Source: Octopus sinensis (lineage: Eukaryota). From it: a DNA stretch of 64,000 bases. The stretch lies in NCBI RefSeq assembly GCF_006345805.1, contig NC_043010.1:11966001-12030000 (forward strand), given 5' to 3'. The notes beneath the pieces were generated by a model. That model ran no database searches. It saw nothing but the letters and a program-made list of their open reading frames with translations, and was not told where the DNA came from. Shown here in pieces: positions 50,491-62,611 of the stretch (its first letter is position 1; each line of letters opens with the position of its first letter). A program made the position numbers and the translations under genes.

Positions 50491-50999
50491 ATCTGTTTCA
50501 ACACACGATTCACATAAAAAATCTGCACAACAAAATTTAAACGTATATATATATATATATATACATATTATATATTATATATTTATATATATAATATATA
50601 TATATATATAAATATTATATATGTATGTGTGTGTGTGTGGTGGGTGTGTATTATATGGATGTGTGGTGTATGTCATTACATGTATGTAACGTAAATGTAT
50701 ATGTATGTGTGATCAACTTTCCCATTGATATTGGTATATGAGCAACCAGATGTTTCATGAGCTGAGCAACAGTCATTGAATCAAGGAGCAAAGTTGCTGA
50801 GCCTTCCACAAACACATGTACCTTTGATGTAACTTTCGCACTGAATCATCAGGACAACACCACGTGACGTGTCATGCCTCAAACACCTTTGCTATATTCA
50901 GAACAACATTGAGATTTGAAACAGCTTGGATGCTAATTCTAGCCTTTCAGACAACAGCATAGAAACTCCCTCAAATAATCTATGATGTGTTGATGCTAC

Positions 51000-51370
51000 T
51001 TTTGATGCTGTTGCTGCTGTTGAGCGAACAGTCTTCGTCCCAGAGCTCGCTCGATGGGAGAAGTCCGAAACGTGGTGCTTTGCTATTCGTAAGACCCACA
51101 GAAGAGAAAGCAGGTCAACCCCCGACACCCAGAGCATCGACGCATGGATGAATGCGCATCCAGGCTCAGCAGTTGTGTAGGAAGTCAGGGACAGGAAACA
51201 GGAAGTAAGAGTGAGAGAAAGTTGTAGCGAAAGAGTACAACAGGGGTCGCCCCCCCCTGCCGGAGCCTCGTAGAGCTTTAGGTGTTTTCGCTCAATAAAC
51301 ACACACAACGCCTGGTCTGGGAATCGAAACCGCGAGTCCGCTGCCCTAACCACTGGGCCATTGTGCCTTC
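51000..51370 (-). mobile_element. tRNA-derived SINE family B, tail type 2
   Basis: Head and body as at 24132, different 3' part ending in (CAA/CAG)n. Confidence 0.85.
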
Positions 51371-51834
51371 ACTTGTTGATACTACTGGTCATGGTGGTGA
51401 TAGCATTTTAGGTTTTATTTGTTGTTAGTCCCAGGACTGACCCAGAAGTAAATAATAACCATAAAAACAACAGTATCAGAAACTGAAGTGGGAGCTTCTA
51501 CATGGTTATTCAGTCTGCTAGATATAGCAGTCAAATTGCTCTCAAATCAAAACTTGCGATCATGAAAGTAAGGCAGGATTCATAGGATACGGTTGTGTTG
51601 GCTAAAAATATAGATGGGATGGTCACAACTGTAATATCTTGGAACTGCAATCTGCTTCATCAAGGTTGAAATTGGAAAATGAAAAATAGAAGGCAGAGCA
51701 GGAGAAAGAAAGAGAGGGAGAGAGGGAGGGAGAGAAAGTGAAAGTAATTTTCAGAAAGGGTTATGTTAGAAGGAGAGCAATAGGTGGGTTGGGTAAGTAA
51801 TATGCTGAACAAGAAAAATTTAAAGGAAAGGTAC

Positions 51835-52012
51835 TATATATATATGTGTATATATATGTATATATATATATGTGTGTGTGAGTGTGTATGCATACATATA
51901 TATATGTTCATATATATTTATATATATATATGTATGTATATATATATGTGTATGTGTATATATATATCTATATGTATGGATGTATGTATGTACGTGTGTG
52001 TATATATATATG

Positions 52013-52069
<57 letters not shown>

Positions 52070-52410
52070 GTATAGATATAGATATATATAAATGTATGTA
52101 TATATGTGTGTATGAATATATATGTATATATTATATATTTATTAATGTATGCATGTATGTAAATACATATATATATGTATGTGTGTGTGTATATGTGTGT
52201 ATGTATATGCTTACATACATATACATATTTATATACATACACATATATAAATAAATATATATATATATATATATACACATATATATATAGACATACATTT
52301 ATATATGCCTGTGTGTGTGTGTAATATATATATGTATATATAGATATGCATGTGTGTGTGAGCATTCATATGCATACATATACATTCATATATATTTTTA
52401 TATGCATGTT

Positions 52411-52441
<31 letters not shown>

Positions 52442-52680
52442 AACACACAAACACACACACACACACATAAGGATATTCATAAATATAGGTATATGTATAT
52501 ACATGGAAATATATAAATGTACATTTATGTGTGTATAATATATATATATATATATAATCACACACACACATATATATATATATATATGTACATACACACA
52601 TATATATGAATATTTTATATGTGTGAGTGACTGTGTGTGCGTTTAATATACATACATACATACAGACAGACAGACATATA
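51835..52680. repeat. (TA)n/(TG)n field
   Basis: Seen directly. Confidence 0.95.
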
Positions 52681-53079
52681 GGGAGGGAGTATGATAAAGA
52701 AGGCAGGTGAAACCTACAATAAAACGAAGTGCAGAGATGTAGAGATGTAGAGAGAATGACAGGAGCATTGAAGAGAGAGTGAGAGAGAGATGCTCCATAG
52801 GAGAAATGAATTACAGTAGACAAAGTTTAATACTAGGAAAGTGATGGTGGGAGGAAGTTTATAGAGATAGGGGGAGGGGCTTGAATGGTGGTTTGATGAA
52901 ACACAGTGAAACATTCCGGAAGTAGGAGATTAATTAGATATTTCTTTTTGTATTTTTCATAATGCAGAGTTGGGAAATGACATTGTGGCTGGAATTTGGC
53001 CCAGAAGTTGTGGAAAATTTCATTTAAAAGGAGGCAAAACGTTTGTGTATGTTTGGTTTGCATGTGTGAGTGGATGTCG

Positions 53080-54125
53080 GTGTGTGTGTGTGTGTGTGTG
53101 TGGTGTGTGTGAGTGTACAAATGAGTGTGTGTGTGTGTGTTAGTGTATGTGTGTGTTTGTATGTGTGGCTATTTGTGTGTGTGTGTGTGAGTGTACAAAT
53201 GAGTGTGTGTGTGTGTGTTAGTGTATGTGTGTGTTTGTATGTGTGGCTATTTGTGTGTGGTGTGTGTGTGTGAGTGTAGAAATGAGTGTGTGTGTGTGTG
53301 TTAGTGTATGTGTGTGTTTGTATGTGTGGCTATTTGTGTGTGTGTGTGTGAGTGTACAAATGAGTGTGTGTGTGTGTGTTAGTGTATGTGTGTGTTTGTA
53401 TGTGTGGCTATTTGTGTGTGTGTGTGGTGTGTGAGTGTATGTGTGTGTCTGTATGTGTGGCTATTTGTGTGTGTGTGTGTGTGAGTGTACAAATAAGTGT
53501 GTGTACGTGTGTCTGAGTGAAACGAATGAGTGAGTGTATGTGTGTGTTAGTGTATGTGTGTGTTAGTGTATGTGTGTGTTTGTATGTGTGGCTATTTGTG
53601 TGTGTGTGTGTGTGTGTGTGTGTGAGTGTATGTGTGTGTCTGTATGTGTGGCTACTTGTGTGTGTGTGTGTGTGAGGTGTACAAATGAGTGTGTGTATGT
53701 GTGTCAGTGTATGTGTGTGTCTGTATGTGTGGCTATTTGTGTGTGTGTGAGTGTACAAATAAGTGTGTGTACGTGTGTGTGAGTGAAACGAATGAGTGAG
53801 TGTATGTGTGTGTTAGTGTATGTGTGTGTTAGTGTATGTGTGTGTTTGTATGTGTGGCTATTGTGTGTTGTGGTGTGTGTGTGTGTGTGAGTGTATGTGT
53901 GTGTCTGTATGTGTGGCTACTTGTGTGTGTGTGTGTGTGAGGTGTACAAATGAGTGTGTGTATGTGTGTCAGTGTATGTGTGTGTCTGTATGTGTGGCTA
54001 TTTGTGTGTGTGTGAGTGTACAAATAAGTGTGTGTACGTGTGTGTGAGTGTACGAATGAGTGTGTGTGTATGTGTGTGTGAGTGTATGTGTGTGTCTGTA
54101 TGTGTGGCTATTTGTGTGTGTGTGT
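53080..54125. repeat. TG-rich ~70-80-bp minisatellite
   Basis: Unit gagtgtacaaatgagtgtg...ttagtgtatgtgtgtgtttgtatgtgtggctatttgtgtg. Confidence 0.9.
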
Positions 54126-54383
54126 TTTGCTATATGTGGCTGTATGTGTTCACATATATTTGGAGGAATGTCACTATATACTGGATTTTATGTGCACAGG
54201 TTGTGTTTATATGAATATATTCATATAGACATATGTGCATACATATACTCACACACAAACACGTGTGTGTGTAGGTACATGTTTGTGTATGTGTGTGTGT
54301 GTATGTGAATTTTTATGCATGTAAGTCTGAATGAATCATTTATACCTTTATATATGTATATAATATATATATATATATATATA

Positions 54384-54655
54384 TAAAATATTATTCGAGA
54401 CAAAACCACTATTTTGCAAAACAAACAAGGAAAGACTTAATCAATACATAAATTTTAATAAATAGTCAAAAAAACCGCCACTACAATCGTTTCTTGTCTT
54501 GATCGACAATCTTCAGGTGGACTTCCAATAATTCAGTGTCAAATTATGAAGTATTTGTCTCGAATAATATTTTATAATATTTTACTATAAAATCGATTTA
54601 ATCCTAAATCTGATTTTTTCCCTGTAAATTTGGATTTATTCCCTAATATTTATTA
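54384..54655 (-). mobile_element. Short PLE-like remnant with hammerhead, inside (TA)n
   Basis: Inverted repeat taaaatattattcgagacaaa (54384) / tttgtctcgaataatatttta (~54554-54574) brackets a canonical hammerhead. Confidence 0.6.
54478..54520 (-). ncRNA. Minimal type I hammerhead ribozyme, canonical core
   Basis: CCAC CUGAAGA UUGUC-gaucaa-GACAA GAAA CGAUUG UA GUGG; predicted cleavage after GUA. Confidence 0.85.
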
Positions 54656-55356
54656 TATACGCACATATCTAAATATATGTCTGTGCATATATATATATAT
54701 ATATATATAGTTATATATATATATGTATATATATGTATATATGTATAAATGTATGTATGTATGGTATGTATGTAATATATATTATATATTATATATATAT
54801 ATATATATGTAAACACACACAAAATGTACATATACGAACATATTTGCACATAATGTCATTTGATTTTTGCCATGTAAATGTTTGCATTAAACCATGTGTA
54901 GCTAAAAGTACTTGTTTGTATCTACATGTGTTTCCACATGTCCATGCATGAGTATATGAACCAATGTGTGTGTTTGTGTGTGTGACTGTGAATATGTGTG
55001 TATGAATGTATGTATTGTATGTATGTATGTATGCATGTGTGTACACTAGATCATGATTCAAATTCCTGGACCTGTACCTGGCGGGGCATTGTGTGTTCTT
55101 GAGCAAAACACTTCACTCTGTGTTGCTCTGCAATCTCTTTGACACCTGACACATGATAAATGTTGCACCTGTTCACACAACATTGATTTGATGGAGAGAG
55201 AGAGTGATCTAACGGGCAGTATAAACATTTGATCACTATAGACAAATCATTTGTGCAGGTCATTCAGCAAAAAGCTGAACACTCATACATTATCTTCAAC
55301 GGGTGAATCCATTGCCATATAACACACACACACATATATATATGTATATATATATA

Positions 55357-55758
55357 GGCGCAGGAGTGGCTGTGTGGTAAGTAGCTTGTTTACCAACCAC
55401 ATGGTTCCGGGTTCAGCCCCACTGCGTGGCACCTTGGGCAAGTGTCTTCTACTATAGCCTTGGACCAACCAAAGCCTTGTGAGTAGATTTGGTAGATGGA
55501 AACTGAAAGAAGCCCGACGTATATATGTATATATATGTATATTGTGTGTATGAGTTTGTATGTCTGTGTTTGTCCCCCTAGCATTGCTTGACAACCGATG
55601 CTGGTGTGTTTAGGTCCCTGTCACTTAGCGGTTCGGCAAAGAGACCGATAGAATAAGTACTAGGCTTACAAAGAATAAGTCTGGGGGTCGAGTTGCTCGA
55701 CTAAAGGCAGTGCTCCAGCATGATCACAGGCAAAATGACTGAAACAAGTAAAAGAGTA
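55357..55758 (+). mobile_element. SINE family A, full length
   Basis: ggcgcaggagtggctgtgtggtaagtagcttg...gggttcagcccc...tail. Confidence 0.92.
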
Positions 55759-56230
55759 TATATATATATATGGCTGGGTGGTTAAGAAACATTCTTTGTA
55801 ACCACCTGCTTTCAAGTTCAATTATACTGCAAAACACTTTTGGTAAATGTCTCCTACTATAGCTCCAGATTGACCGTTGCCTTAGTGGTGAACTAAGGAT
55901 GTAAAAACTGTGTGGAAGCCTGTCATATATGTGTGTGTGTGTAAATGAAGATACTTCCTTCGTTTTGCTGCTTTTCTTTCTACAAATGAAAAAATACATT
56001 GTGGAACTGTTATTTTAATATGAGTTGTATTTATTTACCACTTGATGTGACACATCTGCACCATCGGTTCCTCCTGAACAACACTGAAGGATCGATGCTA
56101 TATGTTGTCAAAGCAATAGATATGATTAATAAAAATTCACATATATTCCATCTTCCATCTGACATATATGTAAATATATATATATATATACATTATCTGA
56201 AATGTACAGTATTATATATACATCAAAGAT

Positions 56231-56276
<46 letters not shown>

Positions 56277-56279
<3 letters not shown>

Positions 56280-56690
56280 TGGCTGTGTGGTAAGTAGCTT
56301 GCTTACCAACCACATGGTTCTGGGTTCAGTCCCACTGCGTAGCATCTTGGCAAGTGTCTTCTGCTATAGCCCTGGGCCAACCAATGCCTTGTGAGTGGAT
56401 TGGTAGACGGAACTGAAAGAAGCCTGTCGTATATATGTATATTATATAATATGTATGTGTGTTTGTTTGTGTGTCTGTGTTTGTCCCCCTAGCATTGCTT
56501 GACAACCGATGCTGTGTGTTTATGTCCCCGTTACTTAGCGGTTCGGCAAAAGAGACCGATAGAATAAGTACTGGGCTTACAAAAAGAATAAGTCCTGGGG
56601 TCGAGTTGCTTGATAAAAGGCTGGTGCTCCAGCATGGCCACAGTCAAATGACTGAAACAAGTAAAAGAGTAAAAAATAAAAAAGAGAGAG
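56277..56690 (+). mobile_element. SINE family A
   Basis: Family A sequence. Confidence 0.92.
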
Positions 56691-56984
56691 TATCACTGTG
56701 ATCACCGTGACCGACCAGGCTATCAGATGTTGCTACACATCGCTGGTCACAATGCGCTTTGCATTGTTTTAGCCTTCAAATGACCCCACTGGCTAAGCGA
56801 GCAGGCCAACAGAAGAAAGAGAGAGAGAAAGAGTGGTGAAAGAGTACAGCAGGGATCACCACCCCCTGCAGGAGCTGCGTGGAGCTTTAGGTGTTTTCAC
56901 TCAATAAACATTCACAACGCCCGGTCTGGGAATCGAAACCGCAATCCTACAACCACGAGTCCGCTGCCCTAACCACTGGGCCAT
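56690..56984 (-). mobile_element. tRNA-derived SINE family B, tail type 3
   Basis: Head and body as at 24132; third distinct tail ending ggtcacggtgatcacagtgata. Confidence 0.85.
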
Positions 56985-57002
56985 TATATATATATATAAA
57001 TA

Positions 57003-58012
57003 CTAGCAGAAAGATTGCCTTCTGGGCGGTTTTCTGCTAAGCTCTTGATAAAATTTTCACATTTGATCCCAATTTCTAATAAGTTTTATACTGTATGTCT
57101 AATTATTTCTTTGTATAATAGTGCTCACTTGCTTAGCAAATATTGCTTTCATTTTTTTTATCACAGTCATAATCTCTCTTTTTTAAACAAACATCACAGT
57201 AGTCCAACAACAGAGGGAGAAGCAGTTTGTCAAGTTTTACCTTCTCCTCAAAGCAACATAGAGATTTAAATTCAGCAGCCCATCTGTAAGCTTTGTAGTG
57301 TGTGCATGTGAGAGAGAGAGAGGGGTGGGGTGGGGGGAGTACATTGCAAACAATGAAGGAAATAAACATGAAATCAAATAATCGTATAAATAAAAGGGTT
57401 TTACTATAGATGTATATGCCCCGACATAGTTGCTTCATAAAATCCAGAAAAATTAATACTTTTTAAAAGTATTTTCTACAAATACTGCTTGATGTTGCAG
57501 CTTCAGAATATATAAGGGATTTATAGGAAAGCAATTTTGTGAGAAGTCGGAGAGAGGAGTTTCAGAAAATTCACATGATCTGACTTTTTCACTCATATCT
57601 TTCGGGAAGGTGGGTATCTTTTAATGAGACCCACCTTCCTGAAATCTCTCATGGTAAAAAGCTAATCCACTAGTGCAAATCAGTCAGACTTAATCTTTAT
57701 ATATAAAACTGTAGTTGTTTGAGTGTCTGTCCCCTTCGATTTAGATTCCTAACTACTCCCACATTTTGCGGTGCAGTTTAACCAAAAGCGGGTATCTTAT
57801 AGTTGTGATTCATATCGAGCCCTTCTGGGTACTAGCGCATATCTACGATGAGTCTACGATTAAAAAAAAAATTTACCATCATTTTTCCGCATTTTTAATC
57901 AATTTTTCGCTCGGTTTTATATAAGGGAAGTAACTCTCTAAAAATGCTTATATAGTATTTCCCTTACAAACCCGAGCAACGCCGAGCAATACTGCTAGTT
58001 ATATATAAAGCT
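57003..58012 (-). mobile_element. Putative outer non-autonomous Helitron
   Basis: Minus-strand 3' end ...gcccagaaggc..ttctgCTAG|t at 57003; removing the inner element restores a gctttatatataattaagtctgactga 5' end. Confidence 0.45.
57694..57998 (+). mobile_element. Non-autonomous Helitron
   Basis: A|TCTTTATATATAAAA start, subterminal cccgagcaacgccgag hairpin remnant, CTAG|T end, no TSD. Confidence 0.8.
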
Positions 58013-58306
58013 ACAGCTTTATTAAGTTCATTCAGAGTTGCCTCTCTTAGAGACATCTCATTGACAAGAGTCAAAAAACTCAAAACATTGATGTCTGGGA
58101 TTCCTAATAGATGGTGATACTGAACGAACCAGAAGTTTGCACACCTTTTTACAATAAGGGAGGTTTCTTTCTCCACAGTAACTGCAGTGTATTTGTCTTT
58201 TAACAGTTGAAATATAAGACAAACATATTTCGACTTACCTAATTCTGCTTACAATTACACACTGCTTTGCACAGGATTTATATAAATCAGGCAAGGAAAG
58301 AAAGAT

Positions 58307-58342
58307 GGTTTAATGTTTCTAGCATTGCTCTTCTTCAGAAAC
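58307..58342 (-). ncRNA. Slightly degenerate minimal hammerhead
   Basis: GUUU CUGAAGA A GAGC-aau-GCUA GAAA CA UU AAAC. Confidence 0.6.
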
Positions 58343-58413
58343 AGAGGAAAGTCCAAACAAAAGGCAGACGGAAATAGTGAGAATTTACAAAAACCAAAAA
58401 AAAAGACGAAGAA

Positions 58414-58580
58414 GGCGCAGGAGTGGCTGTGTGGTAAGTAGCTTGCTTACCAACCACATGGTTCCAGGTTCAGTCCAACTGCGTGGCATCTTGGGCAAGT
58501 GTCTTCTGCTATAGCCCCGGGCCGACCAATGCCTTGTGAGTGGATTTGATAGATGCAAACTGAAAGAAGCCTGTCGTGTA

Positions 58581-58612
<32 letters not shown>

Positions 58613-58840
58613 AGTGTGTGTGTATATGTTTGTGTGTCTGTGTTTGTCCCCCTAGCATTGCTTGACAACCAATGCTGGTGTGTTTACGTCCCCATCACTT
58701 AGCGGTTCGGCAAAAGAGACCGATAGAATAAGTACTGGGCTTACAAAGAATAAGTCCCGGGGTCGATTTAGTCGACTAAAGGCGGTGCTCCAGCATGGCC
58801 GCAGTCAAATGACTGAAACAAGTAAAAGAGTAAAAGAGTA
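58414..58840 (+). mobile_element. SINE family A, full length
   Basis: Reference-like copy ending (agtaaaag)n. Confidence 0.93.
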
Positions 58841-58949
58841 TGGGTGTGTAAATATCATCCCTCCTTAAGGGCAGCGGGCTGGCAGAATTGTTAGCATGCT
58901 AAGAAAACAATAAACAGATGTATTAGTTTAATGCTCAGGTAGTGAGAAA

Positions 58950-58986
58950 GTCTTTTATGTTTTGAGCCTATGCTCTTTGACGGAAA
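58950..58986 (-). ncRNA. Strongly degenerate hammerhead-like motif
   Basis: cuuu-ccgucaa-a-GAGC-auag-GCUC-aaaa-ca-ua-aaag; same layout as 58307 but the core is mutated. Confidence 0.3.
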
Positions 58987-59110
58987 GGAACACAGAAATA
59001 AACAGAGAGAAAAGAGAAATAGGTATAGTGGCTAGCAATCTATCATGGCAAATGCCAGACATATGTATGTATGTATACATATTAACAGAAGTGTACAGTA
59101 TTATATATAT

Positions 59111-59215
59111 CCATTATGGCTGATCTTACCAATCAGTTTCATATTAGGGATTCCACGGAGTATTAAGTTACAGTCCAATCATGTAACCTGCACTCATCAG
59201 AGGTAGCCATTATGG
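59111..59215 (-). ncRNA. Hammerhead candidate with long stem I and extended stem II
   Basis: CCAUAAUGGCUACCU CUGAUGA GUG...UAU GAAA CUGAUUGG UA AGAUCAGCCAUAAUGG. Confidence 0.6.
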
Positions 59216-59643
59216 AATGAATTGTGTGCATGTGTGTGTGTGTGTGTTGTGAGAGAGAGAGAGAGAGAGCATGTGTATGTGTGTGTATGCGTATGTGTAT
59301 GTGTGTGTATGTGCATGTATGTGTATGTGTATGTGCATACACATATATATTTACACATACACACCCACATATGCACATATATGTGTGTGTGTGTGTGTGT
59401 GTGTGCATGTGTGTGTGTGTGTGTATGCTGGTGTATGCATGTACACATGTATGACTGTATCATTGTGTGAACCACTCTGCACTGTGTGTTTGCATACATC
59501 GTTAAAGTAATGTATTTTAACACTAAGTGAAAAACATTTAACAAACAAAATATTTATAGACCAACTTTTTTGTTTTCCTAAAATATATAATTCTCACAAC
59601 CCACTACAGCTGCAGCAACTCCAAAAATCACTTCAAATATCAT

Positions 59644-59682
<39 letters not shown>

Positions 59683-59789
59683 TACTACTAATACTAATAC
59701 TACTACTACTACTACTACTTCTACTACTACTAATACTAATACTACTACTACTACTACTTCTACTACTACTGCTAATAATAATAATAATG

Positions 59790-59820
<31 letters not shown>

Positions 59821-59870
59821 TAATAATAATAAGGTGATAATATAATAATATAATAATAATAATAATGGTG

Positions 59871-59915
<45 letters not shown>

Positions 59916-59988
59916 TAACTAACAATAACAACACATAATAATAATAATAATAATAATAAAATAATAATATATAATAATAATAATAATA

Positions 59989-60024
<36 letters not shown>

Positions 60025-60091
60025 TAATAATATAATAATAATGATAATAATAATAATAATAAATAATAAGATAATAATAATAATAATAATC

Positions 60092-60142
<51 letters not shown>

Positions 60143-60163
60143 AATAATACTAACAATAACAAC

Positions 60164-60212
<49 letters not shown>

Positions 60213-60301
60213 TATAATAATAATAATAATAATAACAATAAACAATAATAATAATAATAATACTAACAATAACAATAACAATAATAATAATAATAATAAT
60301 A

Positions 60302-60332
<31 letters not shown>
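59644..60332. repeat. (CTA)n then (TAA)n field
   Basis: Seen directly. Confidence 0.95.
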
Positions 60333-60334
<2 letters not shown>

Positions 60335-60907
60335 GTTAGTATCACACCCAATAATAGGCTAGCACCAACACTGCTACAGTTACCAACACTGTCATCACCT
60401 CTACACTAATACCAACACAATCCTACATCACTACTACCACTGCCAATGCCACCACCATCACTACCAATCACACCACCTCTATCATCACTGCCACCATCAC
60501 CACCAACACCTCCATCACTTCCACTGCTACCACCACCACCACCAACACCACAATCACCACCACTACCACCACAACCACTGCTACTGCTGCTTCCTTCACT
60601 GCTACCACCACCACTGCTATCACCACCACCTCTCTTACCAACACCATTTATACCCAATACATTGAGCCAATCAAGATACATCAACACAGTCACACAACCT
60701 GCTAGAAATAGCAACACAATTTCCCTCATATCACATTAAGTCATCTTAAAGGAAAATGGACATATTGGATAAAGATGTAATCTTAGACATAGGGAGTTTG
60801 GAAATATTTATGGGAGAGTCACAGTTGGTGTGCTTTTGATCATGGACCTGTTCAGTTAGGGTTAGCCTTCAGTTAAACAACAACACCAGAAATATCATCT
60901 CTCCTTA

Positions 60908-61322
60908 TGGACAGCGAGCTGGCAGAATTGTTAGCATGCTGAGCAAAATGCTTAGCAGTATTTCATCTGCCGTTATGTTCTGAGTTCAAATTCCGCCGAG
61001 GTCGACTTTGCCTTTCATCCTTTTGGGGGCAATAAATTAAGTACCAGTTACGCACTGGGGTCGATGTAATCGACTTAATCCCCTTGTTTGTCCATGTTTG
61101 TCCTCTCTGTGTTTAGCCCCTTGTGGGTAATAAAGAAATAGGTATTTTGTCTGCCATTATGTTCTGAGTTCAAATTCCACTGAGGTCGACTTTGCTTTCA
61201 TCCTTTCGGGGTCGATTAAATAAGTACCAGTTACACACAGGGGTTGATGTAATCGACTTAATCCCTATGTGTGTCCTTGTTTGTCCCCTCTATGTTTAGC
61301 CCCCTGTGGGCAATAAAGAAAT
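60908..61322 (+). mobile_element. SINE family C: full unit plus tandem 5'-truncated unit
   Basis: Head gagctggcagaattgttagc, B box gagttcaaattcc, core gaggtcgactttgcctttcatcc, tail tgtttagcccc.tgtggg.aataaagaaa twice (ending ~61140 and ~61322). Confidence 0.88.
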
Positions 61323-62206
61323 ATATATCATCTCTCCTTAGTCACCATCTTGCCTTTGACCATCAACACCACTACCATTTCAACACCTACCACTCTACAC
61401 CACCTTTACCATCGCCACCACCTGCCTCCACTATCACCACCACCACCTATCTCCACCAACACCACCACATTCTTCCACCACCTACCTCTACCATCACCAC
61501 TATCTACTCTCACCATTACCACCACCTTCCTCCACCATCGCCACCACATTCCTCCTCCATCATCACCACCCTGTTCCTCCACCATCACCAGCACCTACTC
61601 CCACCAACACTACCACCTTCCTCCACCACCACCACCACCACCACCTACTCCCACCATCATTACCACAAACTTCTCCCACCACAACCACCTACTCTCACAC
61701 CATTAGGACCCTCCTTTCCCCACCATCATCACCACCCGCTCACAACGTAACCCCCCCCCCCCCCGCTTACTCCTCCCACTGCAAACCAACTACTCCCAAC
61801 ATCAGCACCACTTTCTCCCACCACTCTCACCTTTGCCACAACCAACATCTTACCATTCACCCCCACAACCACCACCACCACCACCACCACCACTACCATC
61901 ACCATCACCGTTCCCAAACTAATTAGATTGCTCTCTTCGTGTTTCTATTTTCAAACAGCTCAACCAAGTTTCCCTTGTAAAAATAAAGTGCACAGTTTAA
62001 AATAAAACTATTCTACAATCAACAATATTTGTTTTTTAAGGATTAAATCACTCCATTTTTCATTCACACTTTCTCACAGTTATTCTTTTTATATTTTTTT
62101 CTCTCTTTCAGTCCTTCCCTCCCTCATCCCCCTATCTCTCTCTTGACTTTCAGACACACTTTTCACATAGATGCACACATTTGTGTAAGCATCATATATA
62201 ACTTGC

Positions 62207-62314
62207 GTATACATATATTAAACATCATATACAGATATGAATATTTTCAGATCTATATTTCTCACCATATTTACATACAAATACATTCACACACACATGC
62301 ACACACACACACAC

Positions 62315-62349
<35 letters not shown>

Positions 62350-62522
62350 TCATCATCGTTTAACGTCCGTTTTATATATATATATATATTATATATATAT
62401 ATATATATACATGTACATGTGTGTGTGTGCGTGTGTGTGTGAACATATTTGTATGTAAATATGGTAAGAAATATAGATCTGAAAATATTCATATCTGTAT
62501 ATGATGTTTAATATATGTATAC
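62207..62522. repeat. Inverted duplication (~105-bp arms)
   Basis: gtatacatatattaaacatcatatacagatatgaatattttcagatc... and its reverse complement ending at 62522. Confidence 0.85.
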
Positions 62523-62578
62523 ACATATATATATATATCATCATCATTGTTTAACGTCCGTTTTATATATATATATAT

Positions 62579-62611
<33 letters not shown>

